From: Arenicellales bacterium
GTDB lineage: Bacteria > Pseudomonadota > Gammaproteobacteria > Arenicellales > Poriferihabitantaceae
DNA: 64,000 bases
NCBI GenBank assembly: GCA_965231905.1
Contig: CBDDOO010000001.1
Location: 869,130 to 933,129 of the forward strand
Direction of reading: 5' to 3'
The notes under the pieces: model-generated
Told to the model about the DNA's origin: nothing
The model's input: the letters and a program-made list of their open reading frames with translations, nothing else
Database searches by the model: none
In this document: positions 40,532-53,700 of the stretch, one piece after another
Layout of the letters: the number at the start of each line of letters is the position of its first letter
How positions within the stretch are numbered: the first letter of the stretch is position 1
Made by a program: the position numbers and the translations under genes

Positions 40532-40882
40532 ATGGTTCGCATACCTGTACATAGAGAGCCCACTCACCCGGGAGAAATGCTGATCGAAGAGTTTTTGCAT
40601 CCGATGCAAATTACCCAGCGTGAATTGGCGGACGCCATCCATGTGTCGTATCAGCGAGTGAATGAACTGGTCAATCAAAAGCGTGGCGTTACGCCAGGTA
40701 CCGCATTACGCCTGGGGAAGTTTTTTGGGATGTCGGCTGATTTCTGGCTGAATCTCCAGGTGCGTCATGACCTCTACAAAGCTCAGAAATCCGAAAGCGC
40801 CGCACTGGAAAAAATTCATGACTTCCACCATTCAAAAAATGGCTTGACCACTCAAGGCGCCCGCCATCAAATCAGCCAATAA
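40532..40882 (+). CDS. higA: HigA/VapI antidote protein
   Basis: PTHPGEML.EEFL.P..ITQ..LA, RVNELVN.KRG.T..TALRL.KFFG.S..FWLNLQ. Confidence 0.93.
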   Translation: MVRIPVHREPTHPGEMLIEEFLHPMQITQRELADAIHVSYQRVNELVNQKRGVTPGTALRLGKFFGMSADFWLNLQVRHDLYKAQKSESAALEKIHDFHHSKNGLTTQGARHQISQ

Positions 40883-41003
40883 CCGCCGGTATCCGGTACA
40901 TACAACTGAACCCGGACTGCATTTTGTTTGTCAACTCTGGTATTTGCCTGACGACAAAATATAACTATAATGGTCTTGATATTTTAACCAAACAGGTCAT
41001 TTT

Positions 41004-41294
41004 ATGACGACTGCAACCGTATCAGAACTAAAAAGGTCAATCAGCGCTTGCCTGCGTCAGGTCAAGGCCGGTGAAGAACTGTTGATTACCGAGCACGGCC
41101 GTCCCGTGGCGCGCCTGTTGCCGGTCAAGGATATAGCGTCTTTGCCCGAAAGCCTGCTGGACATGGAAAAACGGGGATTGTTGAAACGCCCTGAAAAAAA
41201 CCTGTCGGCTGATTTCTGGAGCCTGCCGCGCCCTGCGGATCCAAAGGCAACAGTGCGTTCGGCAGTCTTGCAGGAGCGGCGGGAAGGCTGGTGA
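41004..41294 (+). CDS. Phd/YefM-family antitoxin
   Basis: ATVSELK..IS..LR.VKAGEE..ITEHGRPVARL.P; C-terminal ERREGW. Confidence 0.9.
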   Translation: MTTATVSELKRSISACLRQVKAGEELLITEHGRPVARLLPVKDIASLPESLLDMEKRGLLKRPEKNLSADFWSLPRPADPKATVRSAVLQERREGW

Positions 41295-41438
41295 AATTTT
41301 GGGATACATCGGCTATTGTCCCCTTATGTATTGACGAACCAGACTCTGACAAGTGAACAGGGCTTTGTTTCCTTTGATCAGCGATTGCGTGACGCGGCAT
41401 ATCGGGAAGGCTTTGACGTTCTTCCCGAAGGGCGTTGA
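41291..41438 (+). pseudogene. VapC PIN toxin with a large internal deletion
   Basis: MKFWDTSAIVPLCIDEP joined out of frame to FVSFDQRLRDAAYREGFDVLP*; the central part of the PIN domain is absent. Confidence 0.88.
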
Positions 41439-41683
41439 AACCAGCGAACAGACTCCGGTTTGGTATTGGTAATCCGGTACATACAACTGAACCCGGACTG
41501 CATTTTGTTGTCATTGATGAGTCGGGCTGTGCTATAATTCCGGCTTTTATGCTGACCGTCGCTGGCTAAAGGTAGCGTTTGGCTGCGAATAGTCGCAAGT
41601 CTTTGACAGCTATTGATGATTCTGATATTAGGGCTATGGGTATACTGGGAACAAGCGACTTATCCGAGAGCGATAATATATAT

Positions 41684-41702
41684 CCCCCCCCCCCCCCCCC
41701 CC
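41684..41702 (+). repeat. C19 homopolymer 52 bp upstream of the giant gene start
   Basis: ATATATAT-C19-GTTCTG. Confidence 0.9.
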
Positions 41703-41754
41703 GTTCTGCATGTTGAATCCGGCGGCGTTTAGCGGCGTGGCTTATTGACAGGCG

Positions 41755-44700
41755 ATGGGTTCCCTGAACAGAATGTACGTCCATCCGGCAAGAAGACAGG
41801 TGAACGCCTGCGCCGCGGGCATTCGGGCGTTCAGTCCGTGGCGCCTGTTCGGCCTCCTCGCGCTGGTCGCTGTCGGTATTTTGACCATCATGGAGCCGGC
41901 GCTGGCGCAGGGGGGCACATTGTCGTCCCCGAAAGTCTGGTATGAAGGCGATGGCCAGAAAACATTGCGGTACATTGTCAAGACGACCGGCAAATACGAC
42001 GATGTCGGTAAAACATACACCATCGAGACAGCGGGCACAGCCACCCCGGCAGACGACTATGTGCTGGGAACTCCCGTCAACTCGAATCTGGGTTCGCCAA
42101 ACAACAGTCACAGACTTGACCATGTCAAGGTGCCGATCGAGTTCAAGACGGACGGCCTGAACGAATCCGACGAGACCATCGTGCTCAATTTTTACTGCGA
42201 CTGCGGCGCCAGCGATGAAAAGACGCTCGCAAATACCTTCACCCTGAAGCTGAAGAACGCCGCCCGCCCGGTCCCGAAATTCAGCGTGACCAGTATCAGC
42301 CTGGACGAAGGCGCAACGGCTACCTACGGATTATCACTGGACGCCGACCCGGGCGCCAGCGAAACGGTTGTCATTGACGTGCGGCCTTCAATCCGTGGTC
42401 TGAACCCGCATGTCGGCCCCGTAAAGGTAGGAAAAACAGCCAACGCGCTGGTTGACAGCGCGAGTTTCAGTTTTACCGGAGGGCCATCCGGCACCTGGGC
42501 GACGCCGCAGATCGTCACGTTACAGGCGGGAAACGACTGGGAGACCGTGGACTACAGCGTCGAGCTGGTGCATCAGGTCAACCAACAGCCCATTGACCAA
42601 CTCACCGAAAGGCTGACGGCGTCAGTCACCAATAAAGTCGCGGGTCTGCTCGTCTCAGAGACGGCCCTGACGGTGGAGGAAGGCGCGGTCGCTACATTTT
42701 CAGTGCAACTGATAGGAGATCCGCTGAATAATGGAAGTGTGTTTATCGAAATCCCGATAGCGCAAAGAGATTCGTTTGGGATACGGCCCGGAAGGGAGGT
42801 GGCCAGTGCAAATTTCAGAGCGCCGACTGCGATCACTCAGTTCCGAGGCAGTAAAATTGGCAGTCCAAATTGGGAGGATCCGATATTCTTCACGGTCAAG
42901 GCGCTCAAGGATGTTGATCTGGAGGATGTCACCATCACTCTGGCGCCTGTTCTCACGCTGACGACACATCCTCGCTCCGGAATAAACGCCTTCCCCAATC
43001 GGACAGGCGCGGGCGTGAAAGTGACTGCGAAGGAGGTGGTGACTCCATTGACTCGACCCACCCTCTCAACCACAACGCTGAATGTGGCTGAAGGCGAAAC
43101 CATGCAATACACGGTGGATTATCCGCAGTTGAAGGCAACCACGGTAACGGTCGATATTCCCGCGAGCCACCAGGGCAAGGCGACTGTGCAGGCTGCGGGC
43201 GGACAGCCCGGCGCCAGCGTGGTACTCGAGTTCAAAGAATATATTCTGGTGCCCGGAATGGATCCCCCCCCCCCACGGAAGCCTCATACCGTCACGGTGA
43301 CAGCGTCCCGGGACACCGATACGACCGATGAATCCTTTGACCTCACACACACCGCCCCGGCGGGATACAAGTGGAGTGGCGGCGACCTCGCGGTTGCTGT
43401 CGCGATCACCGACGCCGGTACTGGCCTGAATGTCTCCGCCCTCAAGTTCGACGAACACGACCCTGCCGCTCCCTTGAAGCTGAGTGAAGGCTATAGCGCG
43501 ACTTACACGGTCTCCCTCAAGTCCTGGCAGAGCGGCACAGTCACGGTGACCCCGGCTTCAGATTTCTCATCGGTGACCGTCTCGCCCACAACCCTGACCT
43601 TCAACGGCGGCAACTGGAGCGAGCCGCAGACGGTAACGGTCACCGCGATAGAAGATGAAAACGCTTTTGACGAGAAGGCCACCATCAGCCATGCCGTCAG
43701 CGGTTATGGCGATGTCGATACCGGACCCGAAATCAAGGTGAACGTGGATGACGATGAACATCCCGTCAGCGCAAAACTCACCCTGCGCATGACCGGCAAG
43801 GGCGTATTCAAGGAAGGATCAGGCCGCGATACAGAGGCCCGTGTCGAAGTCGAGTTGTTCGGCCCGGACGGCTATCGGGACCGCTTGCCGCAAACGGATT
43901 TCATACTCTGTTATACCCTGGGCACTCTGGGCAAGCAAAATGTAAAGCCAGTGGCGAAATCCGAAGGAATAGCGGATAACTGCGTTGATTGGTTCATATC
44001 GGAATTCGTGGGACTACCGTCCGTAGTCAGGAGCTTCGAAGTCTTTGAACTTCTCCACTCGGACTCGGACCCGCTCTCGCTGGACCTGGGAACTGTCACA
44101 GTTACGCTGAAAGCGCATCCGACCCTGACGATGCATGACCGGGTCAGCATCAGCTCTACCGAAAAGGAGTTCGAATTCCGGGCTATTGACTCAACCCCCA
44201 CACAAATAGAGATGACCGCCGATGGCCCGGCCAGCATCCATGAAGGCGACGGCAGGGTTTTGTTCGATGTCGGATTGAGCCGCCGTCTGGTTGCCGGCGA
44301 GGAGGTGCGAATTCCGCTCGTAGCCAGCGGTACGGGTATCGCGGATGACGACTACGAGATCGCGCTCCGGTCCGGCACAGGCGCCACCCTCAGCGCCGCG
44401 GCTCCCTATACACTGACACTGGCCGGCGCCGGAGCCAAAGACGTTGTGCTTATGCTGACCGCCGTCGAAGACCGCAAGAACGAAGGCGGCACAAATGAAA
44501 CATTAACCCTGACCCTCGGCGAGGTGACCAGCAACCTGGATGTCGAGGACCTCACAACCTTTGGTACCGGGGGCACCGAACTGAAATCCGCCAAAAGCTT
44601 CTCGGTGGACATTGTGGATGGTATCACCCTGAGTCTCAGCGCCGGCGCCGCCGTTACTGAAGGTGGAGACGCTGTTTTCACCGTCACAGCCAACCCGAAT

Positions 44701-47700
44701 CCGTCGGCGCCGCTGACCGCCAACATCGGCATTGCCCAGACGGGCGCTTTTGTCGCCGACGCCGACATTGGTACGGACAAAACCCTCACCATCCCGGTAG
44801 CCGGCAGCGCGGACTATACCGTAAAGACACTCGATGACACAACAGACGAGCCGGACGGGGCGGTGACCGCCACGCTGATCGACAGTTTCGACTACGCCAT
44901 CGAGACCGGTGGCGGCAGTGTCACCGTGAAAGACAATGACGCGACCACCGTGACACTTTCCGCTGCCCCCACCAGCGTCAGCGAAGGCGGCGATGTCACG
45001 GTTACCGCCACGTTGTCCCTGGTCCAGGCCGCGGATGTCACCATCCCCATCACCGCCAGCGTGGAATCAGGCGATAGCGCTGAAGAGGTCGATTTCAGCG
45101 CTCCCGCGAGTATCGTGATCAAAGCGGGCGACCTCACCGGCAGCGCCGACATTGCCACGGTCAAGGACGCGGACAAGGATACCGATACGTTTACGGTCGC
45201 TCTGGGGACGCTGCCCGCCGGCCTGGTCGCCGGTACGCCTGGCAAGGCATCTATCAGCATCACGGATGACGGAGAAGGCGCCACCGTCAACCTGTCTGTG
45301 GCCGCGACCACCGTCAAGGACACGGATGACGTCCGCGTCACGGCCACTCTGAGCCATGTCTTCGCCAGCGATATTACTGTGCCGCTCCGCGTCACCGCTA
45401 CCGGCGCCAATCCCGCCGCGACCACCGAGTGGGTCGCGCCGGGCGGCATCGCCATCCGCAAAGGCATCGCCACGGCCAGCGTCGCGATTGATATTATTCG
45501 CGACCAGGACAAGGCCGATGAAACCTTCACCGTCAGCCTGGGCAGCCCGTTGCCGACCAACCTGTCCGCAGGGGCAACGACCTCATCTGAAATTATCATC
45601 GACGATGACGGTCTGGGACACAATATTACCCTGTCGGCGGACCCCAACCCGGTTGACGAGGGCAGTTCCACCACCATCACCGCCACCGCCAACGGCAGTT
45701 TTGACGCCGATACGGTCATTCCCCTGACCTTCAAGGGGCACGGGACCGCCAAAGCGGAGGACGGCGACTACGAGGCGCCGGACAAGGTCACCATCGCCAG
45801 CGGCGCCACCAGCGGCTCGGTCACGCTCAGCGCCAATGGCGACCGTGATGAGGACGATGACGTGGTGCGGGTAGCGTTGGGCTCGCCGTTGCCGGCTGGA
45901 GTGATTGGCGGCAACCACCAGGACATCACCATCACGGACACCGGAGTCGCGACAGGACCGACGCTGACCCTGAGCATTGATCCGGAACCGGCTTCAAACG
46001 GAGATATTCAAGTGGATGAAGGCAGCGCCGTGACTTTCACCGCCACGCTGGATAAAGCCTGGAGCCAGGATATTACGCTTGAACTGGCAAGCGCTGATTC
46101 GGGTGATTCGGGTGACCCGGAGCACGCATTCCTCAGCGCCAGCGAAGATGACTATACCACCCTGTCGAACATCACCATCGCGAAAGGAAAAACCTCCGGC
46201 AAAACCACAGTTACCGCGGTTGCGGATGGCGAGACTGAACCGGGAACGGACGAAGTTTTCCGGGTTTCTGTATTGGCCAAGAAACTGCCTGATCTGGTGT
46301 TCTATACGTCCGATCATGTTTTCCCGGGATCGGATGATCTGTACTATGTCTACATCGAAGACCAGGACAAGCCGAAACCGAAGATCAGCATTGAACTCGA
46401 TTCACGTTCGCGGAATGTGAAGGAAGGGGACACGGTCCGGTTCAAGCTGACATCTGCGGGCGGCGTACCGTCCGGCGCGGTGAAGCTCAAGGTGGAGGAG
46501 GATGGGAAAGTTCTGCCGAATGGCGCATCGGGTGACAAGACCTTCACCATGACCAGCGCCAGTGACGAATACAGCATCACAACTACGGCAGACAAAATCG
46601 ACGAGCACGCCAGCGCCATAACGGTCACTCTGGTTGCAGACCCCGCCTACCAGATTGACGAGACCAAAGGCAGCGCCACAGCGACGGTTAAAGACGATGA
46701 CCCGACGAAGGTGGGAATCAGTGGGAGCGCCACCGAAATCAATGAAAGCGGCGGTACCAAGCTGATCACCATCACGCTGAATCGGGAGCTGGTGGCGGGC
46801 GAGAAGCTGCGCGTGGAACTGGATCGCAGGGGCGGTGACGCCCGGTTTCCCAATGATTTCCTGCTGACTCTGAGAAAGAATAATGGGGTGAGTTTTTCAA
46901 CTGAGAAATCGACGAACTCGGCCCTTGGATTTTCCGGTGTGGTGCCCGTAATCACCTTCACGGGCCCGACCGGTAAAAAGGCGGATCTGGATCTCACGGC
47001 TGTTGACGATAAGGTGAATGAAGGCGCCAGCGAATCCGTCAAGCTCTCCATCGTGACTCCTGTAACCAAGCCCGAATTGGGTGGTGGCGGCGCCATCGCC
47101 AAAACAGACACGAATGTAAAACAAAATGTAGCATTCAACATCAAGGACGACGATACCAAAAGGACCCACAATGTCACTGTGGCGCCGACCACCCTCACAC
47201 TGAATGAGGGCGAGCAAGGCGAATACTATATTCTTTTTGGTACAGGGTATACAAGTGACGAAGTGGATGAAACTAATTTCCGTCACGAATACAAGGCCAC
47301 GCCTGCCTATACGGGGAATGCGGTTACCTTTTCTCCGCCGGAAGTTTCTGTTGAAGCTTTCCGAGGCTGGGGTACAGCTCAAAAAGTCACAGTCACCGCC
47401 GTCAACGACAATCAGGTCAACGAAAAACCTCGCACCGCGATGATCACCCACAGTGTCGCAGGCTACCCCAATCTTCCTGGCGTTGATAACATTACCACCG
47501 CCCCCAGCGTCACCATCACCGTCAACGATGACCGCTCCGGTCTGGAAGCGGATAGCGAAACCGTGTCGTTCCCGATCACCAGGCCCAGAGGCTACAAAAT
47601 CAAGCTATCGCTCAAAACCCAGCCGACAGGCAACGTCACGGTCAAAGTCGCAAGCAGCGACATCAACATCGTCGCCTTCGCAGGATCTGATTTTGGAACC

Positions 47701-50700
47701 AGAAACTGTAACTCCTCCGGCGCGTCGCCCCCCACATTCGGGTTCGGGCCGAGCAACTGGAAGTCGTTCGACCGTTTCGTCTGTATCAAAGGCCTCAAGG
47801 AAGGCAAGGCCAATATTACTTTCAGCGTCGGGGCTACGGCTGACACTCGCTATAAAGGCAAAACACTGGTCGTGCCGGTCACCGTCACAGCCGATTCGCG
47901 CCCGACTGTGGAGTTGTCAGTTGACGCCAACCGGGTCAATGAGGGTGGTTCGCTCACGCTCAAGGCCACTCTGAGCGCCGCCGCGACGGCTGCAACCACG
48001 ATTCCGCTGGTCTATACCAACGGTACTGCGGAAGATGCCGACTATACGAAAGCCACAAGCATCACGGTTGCCAAAGGACAGACTGAGGGCACGGCCCCTT
48101 TCGCTACCGCCAACAATAATATCTACGAAGGCGATGAGACGGTCACCGTCCGGCTCGGAACCCTGCCGGGAACCGTGCTCCCGGGAACGGTCACCGAGCA
48201 GATGATCACGATTGCCGACGACGCTGATCTGCCGACGCTCGAATTCCTGGACGCCGCCAACCGGGCGCCAGTGCCCGAAGATGAGGGCATGTATGATGTG
48301 GCGCTGATCTGGAGAGGGCAAAGTGAACTGGATTCCAGCATCGACTGGACGACAGCCAATGGCTCCGCGACAGCAGGCGAGGACTACACGGCCGCCAGTG
48401 GCACGATTACCCGCAAGGCCGGTTCCACCAGCGCTTCCGATCAGTTCAAGGTGACCATCACCGACGACTCCGTCGACGACCCCGGCGCCGCTGAAACCTT
48501 CACCATCACCTTGTCGAACGCATCAAACGCCAAGGTGGGAACCAAGTCGGTGCATACCGTCTCGATCACCGACAATGACCCCACTGAACTTCGCCTGATC
48601 ACCCGATCCGGCAACGATATAGCCGAGGCCGCGGGCACAGGGACGATTGATGTCGAGGTGGTGCGCGACCTCGCCACCGGCGAAAGCGTGTCGGCGCCGC
48701 TGGTTTTCAGCGGCGACGCGTCCTTCGGCGTTGACTACACCCTGTCGGCGCCGAACCCGAAACCGAAGGGCGTGACCTACTCCCATCTCGCCAGTAAAGA
48801 CCCTGCGAAAAACCCGCCGACGATTGCCTTTACCGCCGGCAATGGCCACAAGCGCATCGCTCCTTTGATCATTACCGCTGTCCAGGACACTGCCGATGAA
48901 GGCGCCGATGGCGCCGGGGAAGACCTCACCATCGCAATCGGCAAGAGCTCCGCCACCGGCTTTGGCGGCGGCGTCCAGGTGCGGGCAGCCGAAGACCGTC
49001 ACACGTTCGCCATCACGGATGATGACGACCTGCCCACTATCAGCGCCGCCGCCGTCCGTGTCGCCGAGGGAGATGCGGGCGAGACGCCAACGCTCCGTTT
49101 CACGGTCAGTCTGAGCCCGGCCAGCGGCCGTTCGGTCAGCGTCAACTATGCGGATGGGGCGTCCGGCACAGCCACTTCGGGCGCCGACTACGCGGCCGTC
49201 ACCGCCGGCGCGCTCACTTTCGCGCCGGGCGAGACCAGCAAAACTGTAGATGTCATCCTCACCGGCGATGTGGACGATGAACCCGATGAAACCATCGTCC
49301 TGCGCCTGTCGGCGCCGGTAAACGCGGTCTTTGCCGGCAAAGCCACGACCGTGGATGTCACCGGTTCCATCACGGATGATGACGCCACCGGCGTCAGCCT
49401 GAGCGCCTCCGGAGCAACCCGCCTTGCCGAAGGAGACGCCACAACCAGCGTCTCGCTGGCGCTGGAACTGGCCCGCGACCTGAAGCCGGATGAGATCGCC
49501 GAGATTCCGCTCGACATAACCAGCGCCACCGGCGTCGCCATCACGGCCGCCGCGCCCGCAAACCGTGACTATATCCTGACCGCCGCCGGAACCGGGGTCA
49601 CTGTGACGGGCGCCGCCACGGCGGCGCCGAAAATCAGGTTCACCGGCGGCGCCGCAACCGAGCGCTCCGCCACCATCCAGTTGACGGCCACTGCCCGGGA
49701 CGATAACGACGCGCAGCATGAAACCCTGAGCGTAGCTCTCGGCAACCTGGCGGACAGCGCGCTTGCCACCACCCTCTCCGGCGGCCTCGCGGCGATCGTC
49801 GACAATGACCCCAATACCGACGACAACGAGGTCGAGATTTCAATTACCGACGATGAGGCTGCCCTGCCGCTGCTGAATCTGGCTCTCGCCGACGGCGCGA
49901 GCGCCCCCACAGAAGGTTCGCCGGCGCAATACAAGCTCACGTTGTCTCCGGCGCCGGTCGCGCCGCTGTCCGTCAAGATCACGGTAGCCGAGGAAAGCGA
50001 CGATACGCTCGACTATATCGCAACTACCGAAGAGGGGGAGCGCACACTCACGGTTGCCGCCAGCCAGTCCGTTTTCAATTTCAGCGTGTCGACCGTGGAC
50101 AATACCCGCGATGAGGATGACGGCGGGGTGGTGGTTACCCTGGTCGCCGACAGCGCATACCGCATCGGTAGCAATAGCGCCCATACCATTGCCGTGATGG
50201 ACGATGAGGTCACGGCGTTGACCCTGACTCGCAGCGACGACCCGGACCCGGTTCATGAAGACGGCGGCGCGGCGGAGCTGGAATTCAAGCTCAAAAAGGC
50301 GCTGGGCGCCGACAGCGCCGTCACCATTCCCCTGTCCATACAGGGCGCTGTATTGCCCACACACGCGACATTGACCGTTAAAGCCGGTCAGCCCGGAGTA
50401 CGCCTGCTCACCACGAGCCCCTACAGCGCCGCGCAGCCGGCGCTGGAGATCCAGGGCGCCGGCCTGACCACGGCGACGCTGGTACTCACCGCCGTCGCGA
50501 ACAGCGATGAGATGGAGCGCACCGTGAGCCTCGCCCCGAGCGGTTCCATCTCCGTGGTGGGCGCCGGGTTCAGCGGGGGCGTCGCCTGGTCCGGGAAAGC
50601 CATAGACATTGACATCGCCAACGATGACGGCATGCCGGAGGCCCGCATTCTCGCGGCGGCGGACAGGGTGGAGGAAGGCGATACCATTGAGCTCCACCTG

Positions 50701-53700
50701 CATGTACGGCCGGTGCCGAAAGAGCCCCTGTACATCCGGGTTGATTTCAGCGATCCGCATGAAACCATTGGCCGGGTGTACGGGGCGGGTGAGACGAGCA
50801 GTAAAGGTGGCGGCGTTTATTACTTCAGCTTTCCCGCCGGTTGGACAGCGCCTCGAATCATTGAGGTAGTCAGTAAAGAAGACAATGAGGATCGTCCGGA
50901 TGTCCGGTTTGAAGCGGTTGTCGCCGCCGGCCAGGGGTACAATGTCGCCGCCGCGCCCGACAACCGCGCGCGCGTCCTGGTGATCGACGACGATGATAGC
51001 CCATTCCTGAGCATTGCCGCCGGTCCCGCTGTCGTGGAAGGCAACCGCGCGGTATTTACCATTACGCGCAGTAATCCCAGAAGTGTCAGCCCCCACTTTC
51101 CAGCGCCAAAGGTACGTCTGAAGATTTCCCAGACAGGCGATGTCGTCAAAGCCGGCGAACTGGGCGTCAAAAAGCCTCGATTCATCGGCGATTCCATGAC
51201 ACTGACTGTTGAAGTCGAAACCGTTAATGACGACAGCGACGAGGCCAACGCGCAGGTCATTGCCGAACTTCTGGATTGCCCGACAGGAAAATTTGGAACC
51301 TCTACTGTCAGTACATGCACCATACCGCCGCCGCCCGACCACCAGGTTTCGGTTCCGGTGAACGACAATGATCCTGCTGTCGCCATGGTGAATATCCGCG
51401 GCGCTCCGCTTGCGCTGTCGGAACGAAAACTCGAACAAGGCGCCTACGAAGTTTTTCTGCAAACCGACCCGGGCCAGACTGCGACGGTGCGCGTGGATGT
51501 TCCGGCGGCGCACACAGACGCGGTCTCCGTCCAGGCGCCCGGCGGGACGCCCGGCGCCAGCGCCACCCTGAGTTTCACCGGCGGCTCCTCAGGCAACTGG
51601 AATACGCCACAGGCCGTCACCGTCTCTGCGCTGGCCGATGACGATATAACGGACGAGACCATCACGCTCAGCCATACGGTAACGGGCTATCCGGGAGTCA
51701 CTTCAGCGCCCGATGTCGAGGTCCGCGTGACGGACGCCAGGCACGGAGTTGTGACCGACAAGACCCGCCTGGAGGTGCGCGAGTATGACGGCACAGCCAC
51801 TTACCGCGTACGGCTCGGCAGCGCTCCGACGGCGGCTGTAACCGTGACGCCGGTCAGCGGCAATGCCGGGGCGGCCACGGTCAGCGGCCCGCTCACTTTT
51901 ACCGCCGTCAACTGGAAAACCTGGCAGGATGTGACGGTAACGGGTGTGGTGCGAAACGGACCCAACCCGATCCAGCTGACTCACCAGGTCTCCTCCAGCG
52001 ACGCAAGCTACAGCAGTTTGCCGGCTGCCCGGATCAGCGTTGTTTCCGTATCCCTGTTGAGAGACCAGCGCCCGGGAGTAACCCTTGCCGCTGACCCCAA
52101 CCCGGTCATCGAAGGTACGAGCGCCACGGTCACCGCCACCCTGGACCGGATCATTACACCTGCCAAAGCCGTCACGATCCCGATCAAATTCGGAACTGCA
52201 AACGCGGATTTCGTCCCGGTATCCGGCATACCGATTGCGGCGGGCCAGAAAAGCGGCAGCGTGAGCGTCATGACGGTAGAAGACAGCGAGTATGAACCCA
52301 ACGAGGGTTTCCGGGTCGAAATTGACACCGATCAGTTACCGGAGGAGCTGTATCCGCGAGCGCGGTCATCCGTGTTGATCAGGATTGACGACGACGAGGA
52401 CAAGCCGCGCATTGCCACTTTGTCGGTGTCGCCGACAAGAGTCCATGAATGTGGCAAGCCAGAGAATGAAGGTTGCAGTGACGACGATGAAAGCGACAGG
52501 GATTCCGAAAAAGACGGCGAAGTCACGGTGACCGTTACACTCGATGAGGCGCTGAACTCGCCGGCGCGGGCCATCACCATTCCACTCGCCTACACAGACA
52601 GCGGCGCCGTCGCAGACGCGGACTACACGCGGCTGGCCAGCGTCACGATCGCCGCAGGCGAGACACAGGGCACGGGGAAAATCAGAATTATCAACGATCA
52701 GATTCACGAATCCAGTCAGGATTTCGTGGTGAAGTTATCCGGGAATTTGCCGCCTGCCGTCCGGGCTGGCGATCCGGCTCAGGTGACGGTGAAAATCCTC
52801 CGGGATGGGTCGGAAAGTCCGCCTCATTTCCGGTTCGACCGCGCGGGTGTCTACATAGAAGATGACTCGAATTATCGCGATGTCAGTGAAGGCGTCGGCA
52901 TGCTGCCCATGAAAATCTACCGGGATGGTGAAACCGAGGACACGATTACCGCAGGTGTCGATATATCCAGAAATGAGGACCTGAAAGGATACCGCCTGCG
53001 CTGGCAGGAAAATGTTACGTTCTCGCCGAAGGACACCAGCAAAACCATCCGGATTCCAATTCCTGACAACAGGACCGATCAAATCGAGAGTCACACGCTT
53101 GGTTTGTCTATCCGGGGTACGGTCACGAGGGGGTGGCCTAATGATCTCACAATCAGAGTCGTTGATGACGACCCGATTCTCGCAACCCTGGAGCCGGGCG
53201 CCGACCTGGAGCTCTTGGAAGGCGACTCCAGCAATAAGGCCACGGCAAACCTGAGCCTGTCCCGGAATCTTGAAGAGGGGGAGATGGTTGAAATTCCGCT
53301 GCTTCTGACCACATCCACCGGCGCCGCATTGCCCGGGTCCCTGGCGATGTCTGCCGCCAATGGAAAGGGTTGCAAGGTCTCCGTAGCATTGCGGTATACC
53401 GATACCGCGCGACCCAGAATCAGAATTACGGGAGTAGATTCAGAACAGAAATTCCCCTCCTGCGTAGCGGTCTCTTTTGACGCGCGTCACCATGATAGCG
53501 ACACGACCGAGGAGGAGATCAAGGTTTCGTTTGGTGACTTTACGGATAAGACTCTGGTGACGACGTCCGATGGGGGAGTGGCGGAAGACGTCGGCAACAA
53601 TACGGTTACTCTGGAGATCCTGGACGATGACCAGGAAGCGGACGGATTTACGTTGAGTGTCGATACCGGCGCCGTTGCCGAGGATGTATCGGTGGCGCCG

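Larger units (their letters stand above)
40891..41513 (+). repeat. About 42-bp direct repeat pair (40891-40933 and 41472-41513) bounding a TA module
   Basis: ATCCGGTACATACAACTGAACCCGGACTGCATTTTGTT(T)GTCA; identical apart from a 1-nt indel. Confidence 0.92.

Noticed and set aside
40406-40678. 90-aa minus-strand ORF
   Set aside because: Antisense to the higB remnant and higA.
38200-41600. Integron cassette array
   Set aside because: No intI, genes in mixed orientation, and no convincing RYYYAAC...GTTRRRY attC hairpins.
41636-41757. Poly-C frameshift fusing the upstream ATG to the giant ORF
   Set aside because: All three frames stop between the tract and 41755, including an in-frame TGA at 41746.
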